From NCBI GenBank assembly GCA_024635585.1, contig JAGXIP010000009.1:3179-67178 (forward strand): a stretch of DNA of 64,000 bases. Reading direction: 5' to 3'. Below the pieces are notes generated by a model that saw nothing but the letters and a program-made list of their open reading frames with translations, made no database searches and was not told where the DNA came from. Below, in pieces: positions 1 through 8,367 of this stretch. The position numbers were made by a program, and so were the translations under genes. Position 1 is the first letter of the stretch, and the number at the start of each line of letters is the position of its first letter. The stretch comes from Saccharicrinis sp. GTDB taxonomy: Bacteria > Bacteroidota > Bacteroidia > Bacteroidales > Marinilabiliaceae.

Positions 1-1
1 A

Positions 2-595
2 CCAAGACTCTCCTTCGTTATGGATAGAGATGTAGCGAACCGGCAACCCTTCCTTCTCTTTTAAAAAACGTGCCCAACTAATCATATAGTTGCATAGGTC
101 TTCACTTTTAGTTGGATCCAAATCTCTTCCCCTTAATATTTTTTGTTGGGTTATATATGCCGGCGGCGCATAAAGCGTTGTTATAACTGATAAAGAATCT
201 CCATTGTTTTGTGTCAACTGATAGCCCTTTTTGGCAAAATAGCGCATACTATGGGTAGTTGTTTCATGATCAAAAACGCCTCCCTCATTAGTTTGATGCA
301 AAGGATCCTGAAACATTTTAATAATATTCGGACGTAACCCATCCTTTCCGAATACCAGCTCAATAATCTTGTCTTTATCCGTATTAGAGAGAACATTAAA
401 GCCTCCATAATCTTGTGGGTCCTTCTCGTAATTAAACGTTTGGGCTGTCTCTACGTAATTAATACCAAAGCCATCCCACTGGCGCAACTTGTGCGTAAAA
501 TCCACTTCGGCCTGTATGGTTGTAAAATCATTAACCTGCGATGCCATAGTGTTGCATAGCATGAATAATATCCATAGCGATAATAGTTTTTGCAT
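2..595 (-). CDS. Partial clan GH-A glycoside hydrolase, GH30-like (3' end outside window)
   Basis: Not in ORF track; translated by hand from ATG at 595: MQKLLSLWILFMLCNTMASQ...LRQWDGFGINY...LYAPPAYIT...RYISIHNEGESW, open to the window edge. Signal peptide, WDGFG, xxPPAY and an NE acid/base motif. Confidence 0.7.
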   Translation of the reverse strand, partial: MQKLLSLWILFMLCNTMASQVNDFTTIQAEVDFTHKLRQWDGFGINYVETAQTFNYEKDPQDYGGFNVLSNTDKDKIIELVFGKDGLRPNIIKMFQDPLHQTNEGGVFDHETTTHSMRYFAKKGYQLTQNNGDSLSVITTLYAPPAYITQQKILRGRDLDPTKSEDLCNYMISWARFLKEKEGLPVRYISIHNEGESW

Positions 596-608
596 GACAA
601 ATATTTTT

Positions 609-1556
609 TTAATATTTCGAATTCATTAACTCACCAGAAGGATTAAACTGCACGGCATTGGCCAAATCGTTATTGACAAAGATTTGTACCCGATTATTTT
701 TTGTATTTTCAATTGAACGGATATCTGCACCCGAAATGATTTTTTCTGCAGCCGCAGTTAACCACTCGCCCTGTTCTTGCAAAACCCGTGTCATCCCAAA
801 GACGGCATAGGGCATCATAAACCGCTCACAGGTAATAATTGGAACACGTATTTCGTCTGCTATAAAATCTTGCGCCTCTTGGTCATCCCAATTTAAAATT
901 CCTCCATTGGTTGGCAAATAGATAACATCTACATTTTCATTCATGTACCGAAAGGCATCCTTCCATTGCGAAAAACTGTCGACTAAGGCATAACTTGGTG
1001 TAAGATTACGATGCCTATATAAAGAGTCTAATAACAATTTATTACTGTGCTCCGAAATACTATTTTCGGACAATATACCTAACTTTTTCATTTCAGAATA
1101 ATAATTCCGGATGGTATCCAGACAATCGCTTAAGGGAAGAACCTCTACTATACCTCTTATGTAATCCGGGTTTAAATCGTAATGATCTATTGACCAATTA
1201 ACACCACAGAAAAGGACAGGTATCCCGGCCTGATTAAAAAATGGCTCAATCACATATTTGATGGCATCATCATCAGACACCAAAATAATATCCGGTTCAA
1301 ACGACATCATATCCTCGTAAATTACTTTGGCCTTGGCGCTTTTCAGGGAATCTCCACGTGTATATTTACCATTCAGATAATTTACTTTTAAAGTTAATTC
1401 TTTACGATCAAGTCTTTCTCGTACTAAATTTTCTGTAGCATCGCTCGAAGCATATCCAGCATGGTATGAATTAAGGTAATAAATTCTGCTTGGTTTATGT
1501 TCGGTTTTACACGAAACAAATAAACAAAGAGTGAGAATTACTAGAATAACTTTCAT
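609..1556 (-). CDS. Lipoprotein with ABC-substrate-binding / periplasmic sensor-like fold
   Basis: Lipobox LFVSC; YYLNSYHAGY, PDIILVSDDDA and PVLFCGVN motifs typical of ABC_sub_bind-like domains. Confidence 0.65.
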   Translation of the reverse strand: MKVILVILTLCLFVSCKTEHKPSRIYYLNSYHAGYASSDATENLVRERLDRKELTLKVNYLNGKYTRGDSLKSAKAKVIYEDMMSFEPDIILVSDDDAIKYVIEPFFNQAGIPVLFCGVNWSIDHYDLNPDYIRGIVEVLPLSDCLDTIRNYYSEMKKLGILSENSISEHSNKLLLDSLYRHRNLTPSYALVDSFSQWKDAFRYMNENVDVIYLPTNGGILNWDDQEAQDFIADEIRVPIITCERFMMPYAVFGMTRVLQEQGEWLTAAAEKIISGADIRSIENTKNNRVQIFVNNDLANAVQFNPSGELMNSKY

Positions 1557-1608
1557 AAAGTTTTATTTTTAGATAAATCTTGCAAGTAAAACAACCAACC
1601 CAAGGCAG

Positions 1609-2985
1609 TTAAATAAAATAACTCAAACCCAAGGCGGCCGCCAAGCCAACAATGGCAACAATACATTCCATAACCGTCCAAATAGCAAAAGTTTGTTTAA
1701 TGGTAACGTTGTAATACTCTTTGAACATCCAAAAACCAATGTCGTTGAAATGCGAAAACATTAGGCTTCCGGATCCTGTTGCCAAAACCATTAATTCGGG
1801 ACTTACATTGCTTACCGATAAAATGGGCAACATAATTCCGGCAGCAGTCATTGTGGCTACAGTGGCTGAGCCAATGGCTAAACGAATGACAGCCGCTACA
1901 CACCAGCCTAAAATCAAAGGATTAAAATCTAATCCACCCGCAATTTCTTTAATGTATTCAGCAACTCCGCTATCGGTTAGCACTTGTTTAAACGCACCAC
2001 CTGCAGCAATAATCATTACAATCATTGCAATACTACTTACCGCTTTTCCCATGCTTTTCATCAGGTCGTCCATTTTGCGGCCTTGCTTTATTCCAAGTAA
2101 ATACAAACCTGCAAAAACCGACATCAACAGTGCTATATTAGCATCGCTCAGAAATTTGAATATTTCGATTAGCGTTGTAAGTATTCTAGCAATTGTTGGA
2201 TTGTTAACCGACGCCGAAAAAAATGTGGAATAATCAATATCTTTCCCAAAAACCAAATCAATGCTTGCACCAAAAAGCATCAGTATTACTGGCGTGAGCA
2301 TAACTAATACACTTTTTGTCATTCCGGGCAATTCTTCTTTTGCAAACTCCTTACCTTCAAAAAGTTCTGCTGGTGGTTGTACATCAATTTTTTTAAAGAA
2401 TTTAGAAAGTAAAATACCCGCGATTAAACAGGCCGGAATAACAGGCAACAAACCATACATAAGTACCTGGTTAATATCGGCGCCATAAACAAACGAAACA
2501 TAGGTGGGTGCCGGGTGCGGTGGCAAATAGGCATGAGCGATGGAAAGTGTGGCAGAAAGTGGAATACCAAGATACATTAAAGGCAGCTTGGTGGTTCTTG
2601 CAAAGGTGTAAATAAGGGGTATTAACACCAAAAAACTGGCATTGTACATCATGGGTAACCCCACCAAAAAACCAACTACCAAAATAATATATTGAATATT
2701 TTTTAATCCAAATTTTTCAGTAAGCCGGTGAGTAAGTGTGTGGGCAGCGCCACTGTCTTCAATTAATTTGCCGAGCATTGCACCAAACACCAGAATCAAA
2801 ATTATATTACCCATGGTATCGCCGATTCCTTGCAGAATGGAATCCAAAATGGTGATAATCCCCATTTTATTTAATACGCCAACAAAAAAGGCCGTCATTA
2901 ATAATGAAAAGAAAGCATCAAACTTAAACTTTAACATCAACACTAATAAAAGTGCTATACCAATAAACACAAACAATAAGGGCAT
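1609..2985 (-). CDS. gntP: GntP-family sugar-acid:H+ symporter
   Basis: Polytopic membrane protein with GAMLGKLIEDSGAA, LPPHPAP, RLAIGSATVA and SHFNDIGFWMFKEY motifs. Confidence 0.9.
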   Translation of the reverse strand: MPLLFVFIGIALLLVLMLKFKFDAFFSLLMTAFFVGVLNKMGIITILDSILQGIGDTMGNIILILVFGAMLGKLIEDSGAAHTLTHRLTEKFGLKNIQYIILVVGFLVGLPMMYNASFLVLIPLIYTFARTTKLPLMYLGIPLSATLSIAHAYLPPHPAPTYVSFVYGADINQVLMYGLLPVIPACLIAGILLSKFFKKIDVQPPAELFEGKEFAKEELPGMTKSVLVMLTPVILMLFGASIDLVFGKDIDYSTFFSASVNNPTIARILTTLIEIFKFLSDANIALLMSVFAGLYLLGIKQGRKMDDLMKSMGKAVSSIAMIVMIIAAGGAFKQVLTDSGVAEYIKEIAGGLDFNPLILGWCVAAVIRLAIGSATVATMTAAGIMLPILSVSNVSPELMVLATGSGSLMFSHFNDIGFWMFKEYYNVTIKQTFAIWTVMECIVAIVGLAAALGLSYFI

Positions 2986-3070
2986 AATCGAATTGTTATT
3001 TAAGAATTGTAAACATAGCTATATTATAAAATCTGATTCGTAATAAAACTCACATTTCATCAACTTTAAA

Positions 3071-3087
3071 TCGGGAACGGTTTCGGA
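3071..3087. promoter_or_regulatory. Candidate LacI-family operator in the gntP / GH63-like divergent region
   Basis: TCGGGAACGGTTTCGGA, pseudo-palindrome with central CG; similar site at 46594-46610. Confidence 0.45.
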
Positions 3088-3139
3088 GATACCTTTGTAA
3101 TCAGGCTTAATTAGTAAAAATTTAAAAAGCAATTATAGG

Positions 3140-3147
3140 TATCTTTG
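3140..3147 (+). promoter_or_regulatory. Bacteroidota sigma-A -7 element (TAnnTTTG)
   Basis: TATCTTTG followed by CA, ~105 nt upstream of the ATG at 3254. Confidence 0.55.
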
Positions 3148-3253
3148 CAACAGAAATGACACCATTTTAAACACAAACTCAAGTACAACAAAACCTGAGC
3201 AAACAACAAATATACACTGCTAGGGCAAATGTTAATAATTTAATAAAATAACG

Positions 3254-4597
3254 ATGCGAAACTTTAGCTTAATAATATCAATACTAATAAGCCAAATAAT
3301 TTATAGCCAGAACTATACGCCGAATGAGGTAGAGAAATATAAACAAATATGCCGAAAGTATATTGCTAAGGATTACAAAGGTATGTTTAAAGAACCTAAA
3401 GGTGTTTTAACTTACCCATACATAACACCTGGTAGTAATGAGTATGCCACACAATTATGGGATTGGGATTCTTGGCTTACCAGTGTAGCATTGGAACAGA
3501 TTGTTAAAGACAATGGTACTGAGAAGGAAAGAATAGAAGCAGTAAAATACCAGCAGGGATGTGTGCTGAACTTTCTAAACTATCAACACAACGGATGGAT
3601 TCCCATAATGATTTCGCATAACTCTCCGCCCCTGCGCGAGTTTATGCCCGAAAACCCATACGTTGTTAACAAACATAAACCCATGCTGGCGCAACAAGCC
3701 GCTTTTATTATCCAAAACCACAATGGCGATGCGTCGTGGTTATTACCTAACTTTGCAGGATTGCAATATTTTGTAAACCATTACATTAACCATCAGAAAC
3801 ATAGGATTACAGGGCTTTATTTTTGGTTTGATGACGTGGCTATAGGCGTAGATAATGACCCTGCCACTTTTTACAGACCTGAAAAGAGTTCGGCTAATAT
3901 TTTTTTGAATTGCTTAATGTACAAAGAGCTGACTGCTATGGAATATCTATGCGAAAAAATGGATATGCACGAAATTGGCATCTTCTATAAAAAAGAAGCA
4001 GAGGCATTAAAAAGCGCCATTCGAGAGCATTGCTGGGATGAGTGGACAGGCTATTATTACAGCGTGGATTTGAATTTGATGCCCATAAAAGTACCCCAGA
4101 AAGGTAAAACGCTTCATGCTGGTGCTCCACGATCCTACGACTGTTTGATTCAGCGAATTCATTCATGGACGGGATTTATGGCAATGTGGGCAGGCATCGC
4201 AACCGATGAACAAGCAGCACGTATGTTGGAGCATTTTAACGACTCTTCTACCCTCAATAGCAATTATGGCATTCGAACGCTATCAAAACTCGAAAAAATG
4301 TATGATGTTAGGGCTACTGGAAACCCCTCGTCATGGTTAGGACCCATTTGGGGGGTTTCAAATTACATCGTATTCCGAAGCCTTTTAAATTATGGATTTG
4401 AGGATGAAGCCAAAGAAATTGCAGAAAAAACAGTTATACTTTTTGGTAAAGATTTTGAAAAAAATGGCGCCCTGCACGAATATTATTTACCCGACTCCGG
4501 TACGCCTGTTCTTAATAAGGGATTCCAGAACTGGAACTATCTAGTCATGAATATGGCAGCATGGATGGATTCAAAACCAAGTGTTTCGGAGTGGTGA
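3254..4597 (+). CDS. GH63/MGH1-like (alpha/alpha)6 glycoside hydrolase, signal peptide
   Basis: QLWDWDSW, GVDNDP, SWLGPIW and LHEYY motifs of trehalase/mannosylglycerate-hydrolase-like enzymes. Confidence 0.75.
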   Translation: MRNFSLIISILISQIIYSQNYTPNEVEKYKQICRKYIAKDYKGMFKEPKGVLTYPYITPGSNEYATQLWDWDSWLTSVALEQIVKDNGTEKERIEAVKYQQGCVLNFLNYQHNGWIPIMISHNSPPLREFMPENPYVVNKHKPMLAQQAAFIIQNHNGDASWLLPNFAGLQYFVNHYINHQKHRITGLYFWFDDVAIGVDNDPATFYRPEKSSANIFLNCLMYKELTAMEYLCEKMDMHEIGIFYKKEAEALKSAIREHCWDEWTGYYYSVDLNLMPIKVPQKGKTLHAGAPRSYDCLIQRIHSWTGFMAMWAGIATDEQAARMLEHFNDSSTLNSNYGIRTLSKLEKMYDVRATGNPSSWLGPIWGVSNYIVFRSLLNYGFEDEAKEIAEKTVILFGKDFEKNGALHEYYLPDSGTPVLNKGFQNWNYLVMNMAAWMDSKPSVSEW

Positions 4598-5567
4598 TAA
4601 CACACTCATCTTTGTATTGTTAAGAACTATTTACACTTATAAACTAATTACAATAAAGCGGATTTGCATTTCCTTTTTAACCATTTTACTAATTGGCACT
4701 CCATTTATCCAGGCCGAAAAATTAATAATTGCCACTTATAACATACGCTATCAAAGCCAATCAGATTCGCTTGAGGGTAATGGTTGGGCACAACGATGCC
4801 CTATTGTTTGTAAGCAAGTGAAATTCTATGATTTTGAAGTGTTTGGTGCCCAAGAAGTCTTGCATGCACAATTACTTGACATGCAAGAACAACTTAACGA
4901 ATATAGCTATGTTGGTGTTGGCAGAACAGATGGTAAGGAGAAAGGAGAATATGCTCCAATCTTTTATAAAAAACAGCAATTTAAACTATTGGATTCCGGT
5001 AATTTTTGGATGTCGGAAATTACGGATAAACCCAATAAAGGTTGGGATGCAGCTTTACCACGAATTTGTACTTGGGCAAAATTACAGGATAAATGCTCCG
5101 ACTTTACTTTCTTCTTTTTTAACCTTCACATGGATCATATTGGCGTGGAAGCTAGAAAGAACAGTACTTTGCTGGTGCTGCACAAAATAAAAGAGTTGTG
5201 CGCGGACTATCCGGTGATTTTAACCGGTGATTTTAATACAGACCAAAACAACGCAAATTATGAAACAATAGTAAATTCGAAATTACTAAAAGACACTTTC
5301 TATGAAGCTGAAATACAGTATGCTTTGAATGGTACTTTTAACGACTTTAAACCCGATATGAAAACCGAAAGTCGCATCGATCATATCTTTGTTAGTCCTG
5401 AATTTAAGGTTAGCCGCTACGGCATACTAACAGACACCTATCGGACTAAACCTTTGGAGTATGAAACTGTTAATTCGGCCAATTTCCCTAAGGAAGTGTC
5501 ATTGAATAAATCTGTTGCAAGAACACCATCCGATCATTTTCCGGTTATGGCGATAGTAGAGTTTTAA
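4581..5567 (+). CDS. Endonuclease/exonuclease/phosphatase (EEP) family protein; start uncertain
   Basis: TYNIRY, GAQE, FNLHMDH, LTGDFN, RIDHIF and SDHFPV motifs; the signal-peptide-like segment begins at ATA 4653. Confidence 0.85.
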   Translation: MFRSGDNTLIFVLLRTIYTYKLITIKRICISFLTILLIGTPFIQAEKLIIATYNIRYQSQSDSLEGNGWAQRCPIVCKQVKFYDFEVFGAQEVLHAQLLDMQEQLNEYSYVGVGRTDGKEKGEYAPIFYKKQQFKLLDSGNFWMSEITDKPNKGWDAALPRICTWAKLQDKCSDFTFFFFNLHMDHIGVEARKNSTLLVLHKIKELCADYPVILTGDFNTDQNNANYETIVNSKLLKDTFYEAEIQYALNGTFNDFKPDMKTESRIDHIFVSPEFKVSRYGILTDTYRTKPLEYETVNSANFPKEVSLNKSVARTPSDHFPVMAIVEF

Positions 5568-5663
5568 GAAAGTGTAATCCGTGCAAAACCAATCTCTGTT
5601 TGCCTATTTCTCTTTCTTGAAATATCCCCGACCGTGCAGGCAATGCATAAGGCTTTTAAATAC

Positions 5664-5706
5664 TCACGGGGTGACTATTGACATCTTGTAAATAGTCACC
5701 CCGTGA
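5664..5706. terminator. Perfect 16-bp inverted repeat between convergent genes (terminator or REP-like)
   Basis: TCACGGGGTGACTATT / AATAGTCACCCCGTGA with 11-nt loop. Confidence 0.6.
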
Positions 5707-5883
5707 TGGACAAAACAATTTAAAACTCGGGGTGCGACTCCAAGTTAGATTTCTCAAAACCTTTGAGTTCTTTTACCTGACGGGCAATACTGGCTGCCTT
5801 ATCGTGAATATTGAGTTGCGTAACTTCAGTCTTTAAAATTTAAGGCACTAAACACAACTATTGCAATTCTATTCATATTTAAA

Positions 5884-8277
5884 TTATTTAACGGTTAAGG
5901 CAATTGTTGATAAATCTTTATTTGCTGATGAATTGCCTACCATGATATTAAAAACACCCGGTTCAACTACCCAATCCATATTTATGTCGTAAAAAGCCAA
6001 CGCTTCACTTTTCAATACAAATTCAAGTTTTTTAGTTTCACCCGGTTTTAAATGAACTTTCTCAAAAGCCTTTAACTCTTTTACGGGTCGTGTAACTGAA
6101 CTTTGAACATCCCGAATATAAACCTGGACAACTTCGGAACCATCAACATCACCAACATTTGTAATAGATGCGGTTACTGTAAACGAATCGCTCAGACTAA
6201 TTACGCTATCAACCAAAGCAACATTGGATATTTCAAATTTTGTATAACTTAAACCATACCCAAAAGGATAAAGGGGACTAACATCATCATTTAAGTATCC
6301 CCGGCGGGCAGTAGGCTTATGGTTGTAATAAACAGGTATATGTCCAACCGATCTGGGAAATGAAATCGGCAGTTTACCTCCTGGATTGTATTCCCCAAAC
6401 AACACCTTAGCCGCAGCCGCGCCCCCCTCTTGTCCTATATACCAACATTCGAAAATAGCATCAGCTTTTTCAATTAAATTATTGAAGGCTAACGGACGAC
6501 CATTAAAAACAAAAGCCACAATTGGCTTATTCAAACTATGCAAGCTATTAATTAACTTGTTTTGGGCGCCAATTAAATCTAGGTCGGCACGGTCACCCAA
6601 ATGGGTTAAACTCCATGCCTCACGCGATGTTTGTTCATTGCCACCTGCTGCCAAAATAATTACATCTGCATCGGCAGCAACTTTCACCGCTTCCTTAATC
6701 CATATTTCATCCTGACTTGGGTCGGAAAATACGACCTCATCTTCCACCCAACTACCACCTTTAGTAATACCACAACCCTGGGAAAAAATAACTTCGGCAT
6801 TATTACCTGCATGCTGTTTGATACTTTCAAACAAAGTAGTTTTGTAATTTGGTATTCCACTATATCCGCCCAGCAATACCCGATTGGCATTTGGTCCAAC
6901 TACTACAATTTTCTTCTTTTTATCAAGCCTAAGAGGAACTATATTGTTTTTATTCTCAAGCAAGGTAATGGATTGTAAAGCCGCTTCTAAAGCCAAATCA
7001 CGGTGCGTTTCGATTCCACAAAAATCCATAGCCTTTTGTGGATCAACATAAGGATTATCAAACAATCCCAACTTAAATTTCACCATGAGCATTTCTCCCA
7101 CTAATTCATCAATTTGTTTAATTGATATAACACCTTCCTCAACCAATTGGAGTATATGTTGATAACAATCGGGATCAGGCAATTCAATATTTACACCGGC
7201 TTTAATTGCCAGCTCAGCAGCATGTTTGCCATCCCGAGCAACGCCATGTGCCACAATGCCAGCGCGCTCGTGCATTTCCCGAATAGCATAATAATCCGAC
7301 ACTACAAAGCCCTTAAACCCCCATTCCATGCGTAAAATATCTGTAATAAGCCATTTGTTTCCATGAGCCGGCACAGCATTTATTTCGTGATAGGTTGCCA
7401 TTACGCTGAAAACACCTTGTTTTTCGATAATATTTTTAAATGGAGCTAAATGAACCTCACGAAATTCACGTTCCGATATATTGACCGGTGCTGTATTATT
7501 CCCCCCTTCAGGTTGACCATGCCCGGCAAAATGCTTCAGAGTTGCTGCCACATGTTCTCCATCAGCAAAAGTATTATCGCCCTGAAAACCTTTTACAGCG
7601 GCTCCACCAATTACTGTGGTAAGATAAGGGTCCTCCCCAAAAGTCTCTTCAACCCTACCCCAACGAGCATCTCTGGCTATATCAACAACGGGAGATAATA
7701 CTTGATGAGCTCCCCTTAAGCGTGTTTCTTTGGCCATTAAGCTATACACCCTTTCAATGAGCTCAGGATTAAAGGATCCAGCCATTGCAATGGGCTGAGG
7801 AAAACTGGTTGAATGGGCGGCGGCCAAGCCATGAAGGCTTTCTTCGTGAAATATGGCAGGTATTCCCAAACGCGTTTCTTCTAAAAAGAATTTTTGTAAT
7901 GTATTGCTTAAAACTGCATTTTCATACGGTGTGAGTGGCGCAGATTCATTGGATGAGGTTTGGCTTATACCACCTTTAGTTTCGCTTATCCGCGTCATTT
8001 GCCCAACACCATTTGACAGGGATGATTTTATTTCACTAATATCAAATGACCCATCATCCTTCAGTACAATGAGGTCCTTAATGTCAGTATTAACTGCTAC
8101 CATCTGCGCTGCTTTTTCTTCAACCGTCATATGGCTTAGAAGATCGTTTACACGTTCTTCAATTGGAAGCGATTTATCTTTATACCTAAAAACATCCATA
8201 TTTCTATTTTCTTTAGATTGACAGTTATAAAGTGCTAAAATTACAAGTATCAGACAGATTTTGTTTTTTAAATTCAT
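5884..8277 (-). CDS. GH3 beta-glucosidase/xylosidase, lipoprotein
   Basis: RWGRVEETFGEDP, KHFAGHG, VVSDY nucleophile motif, Fn3-like C-terminus; lipobox ALYNC. Confidence 0.92.
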   Translation of the reverse strand: MNLKNKICLILVILALYNCQSKENRNMDVFRYKDKSLPIEERVNDLLSHMTVEEKAAQMVAVNTDIKDLIVLKDDGSFDISEIKSSLSNGVGQMTRISETKGGISQTSSNESAPLTPYENAVLSNTLQKFFLEETRLGIPAIFHEESLHGLAAAHSTSFPQPIAMAGSFNPELIERVYSLMAKETRLRGAHQVLSPVVDIARDARWGRVEETFGEDPYLTTVIGGAAVKGFQGDNTFADGEHVAATLKHFAGHGQPEGGNNTAPVNISEREFREVHLAPFKNIIEKQGVFSVMATYHEINAVPAHGNKWLITDILRMEWGFKGFVVSDYYAIREMHERAGIVAHGVARDGKHAAELAIKAGVNIELPDPDCYQHILQLVEEGVISIKQIDELVGEMLMVKFKLGLFDNPYVDPQKAMDFCGIETHRDLALEAALQSITLLENKNNIVPLRLDKKKKIVVVGPNANRVLLGGYSGIPNYKTTLFESIKQHAGNNAEVIFSQGCGITKGGSWVEDEVVFSDPSQDEIWIKEAVKVAADADVIILAAGGNEQTSREAWSLTHLGDRADLDLIGAQNKLINSLHSLNKPIVAFVFNGRPLAFNNLIEKADAIFECWYIGQEGGAAAAKVLFGEYNPGGKLPISFPRSVGHIPVYYNHKPTARRGYLNDDVSPLYPFGYGLSYTKFEISNVALVDSVISLSDSFTVTASITNVGDVDGSEVVQVYIRDVQSSVTRPVKELKAFEKVHLKPGETKKLEFVLKSEALAFYDINMDWVVEPGVFNIMVGNSSANKDLSTIALTVK

Positions 8278-8367
8278 AATTACACATTTGTTAAAAATTA
8301 AAACACTAAACTTCTTGCTTCGTAATGCTCTTAAATTCTAAAAGAAAGGGGAAGTGCCTCGTTCCTT

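Noticed and set aside
214-408. 64-aa minus-strand ORF
   Set aside because: Alternative frame inside the real GH30-like gene 2-595.
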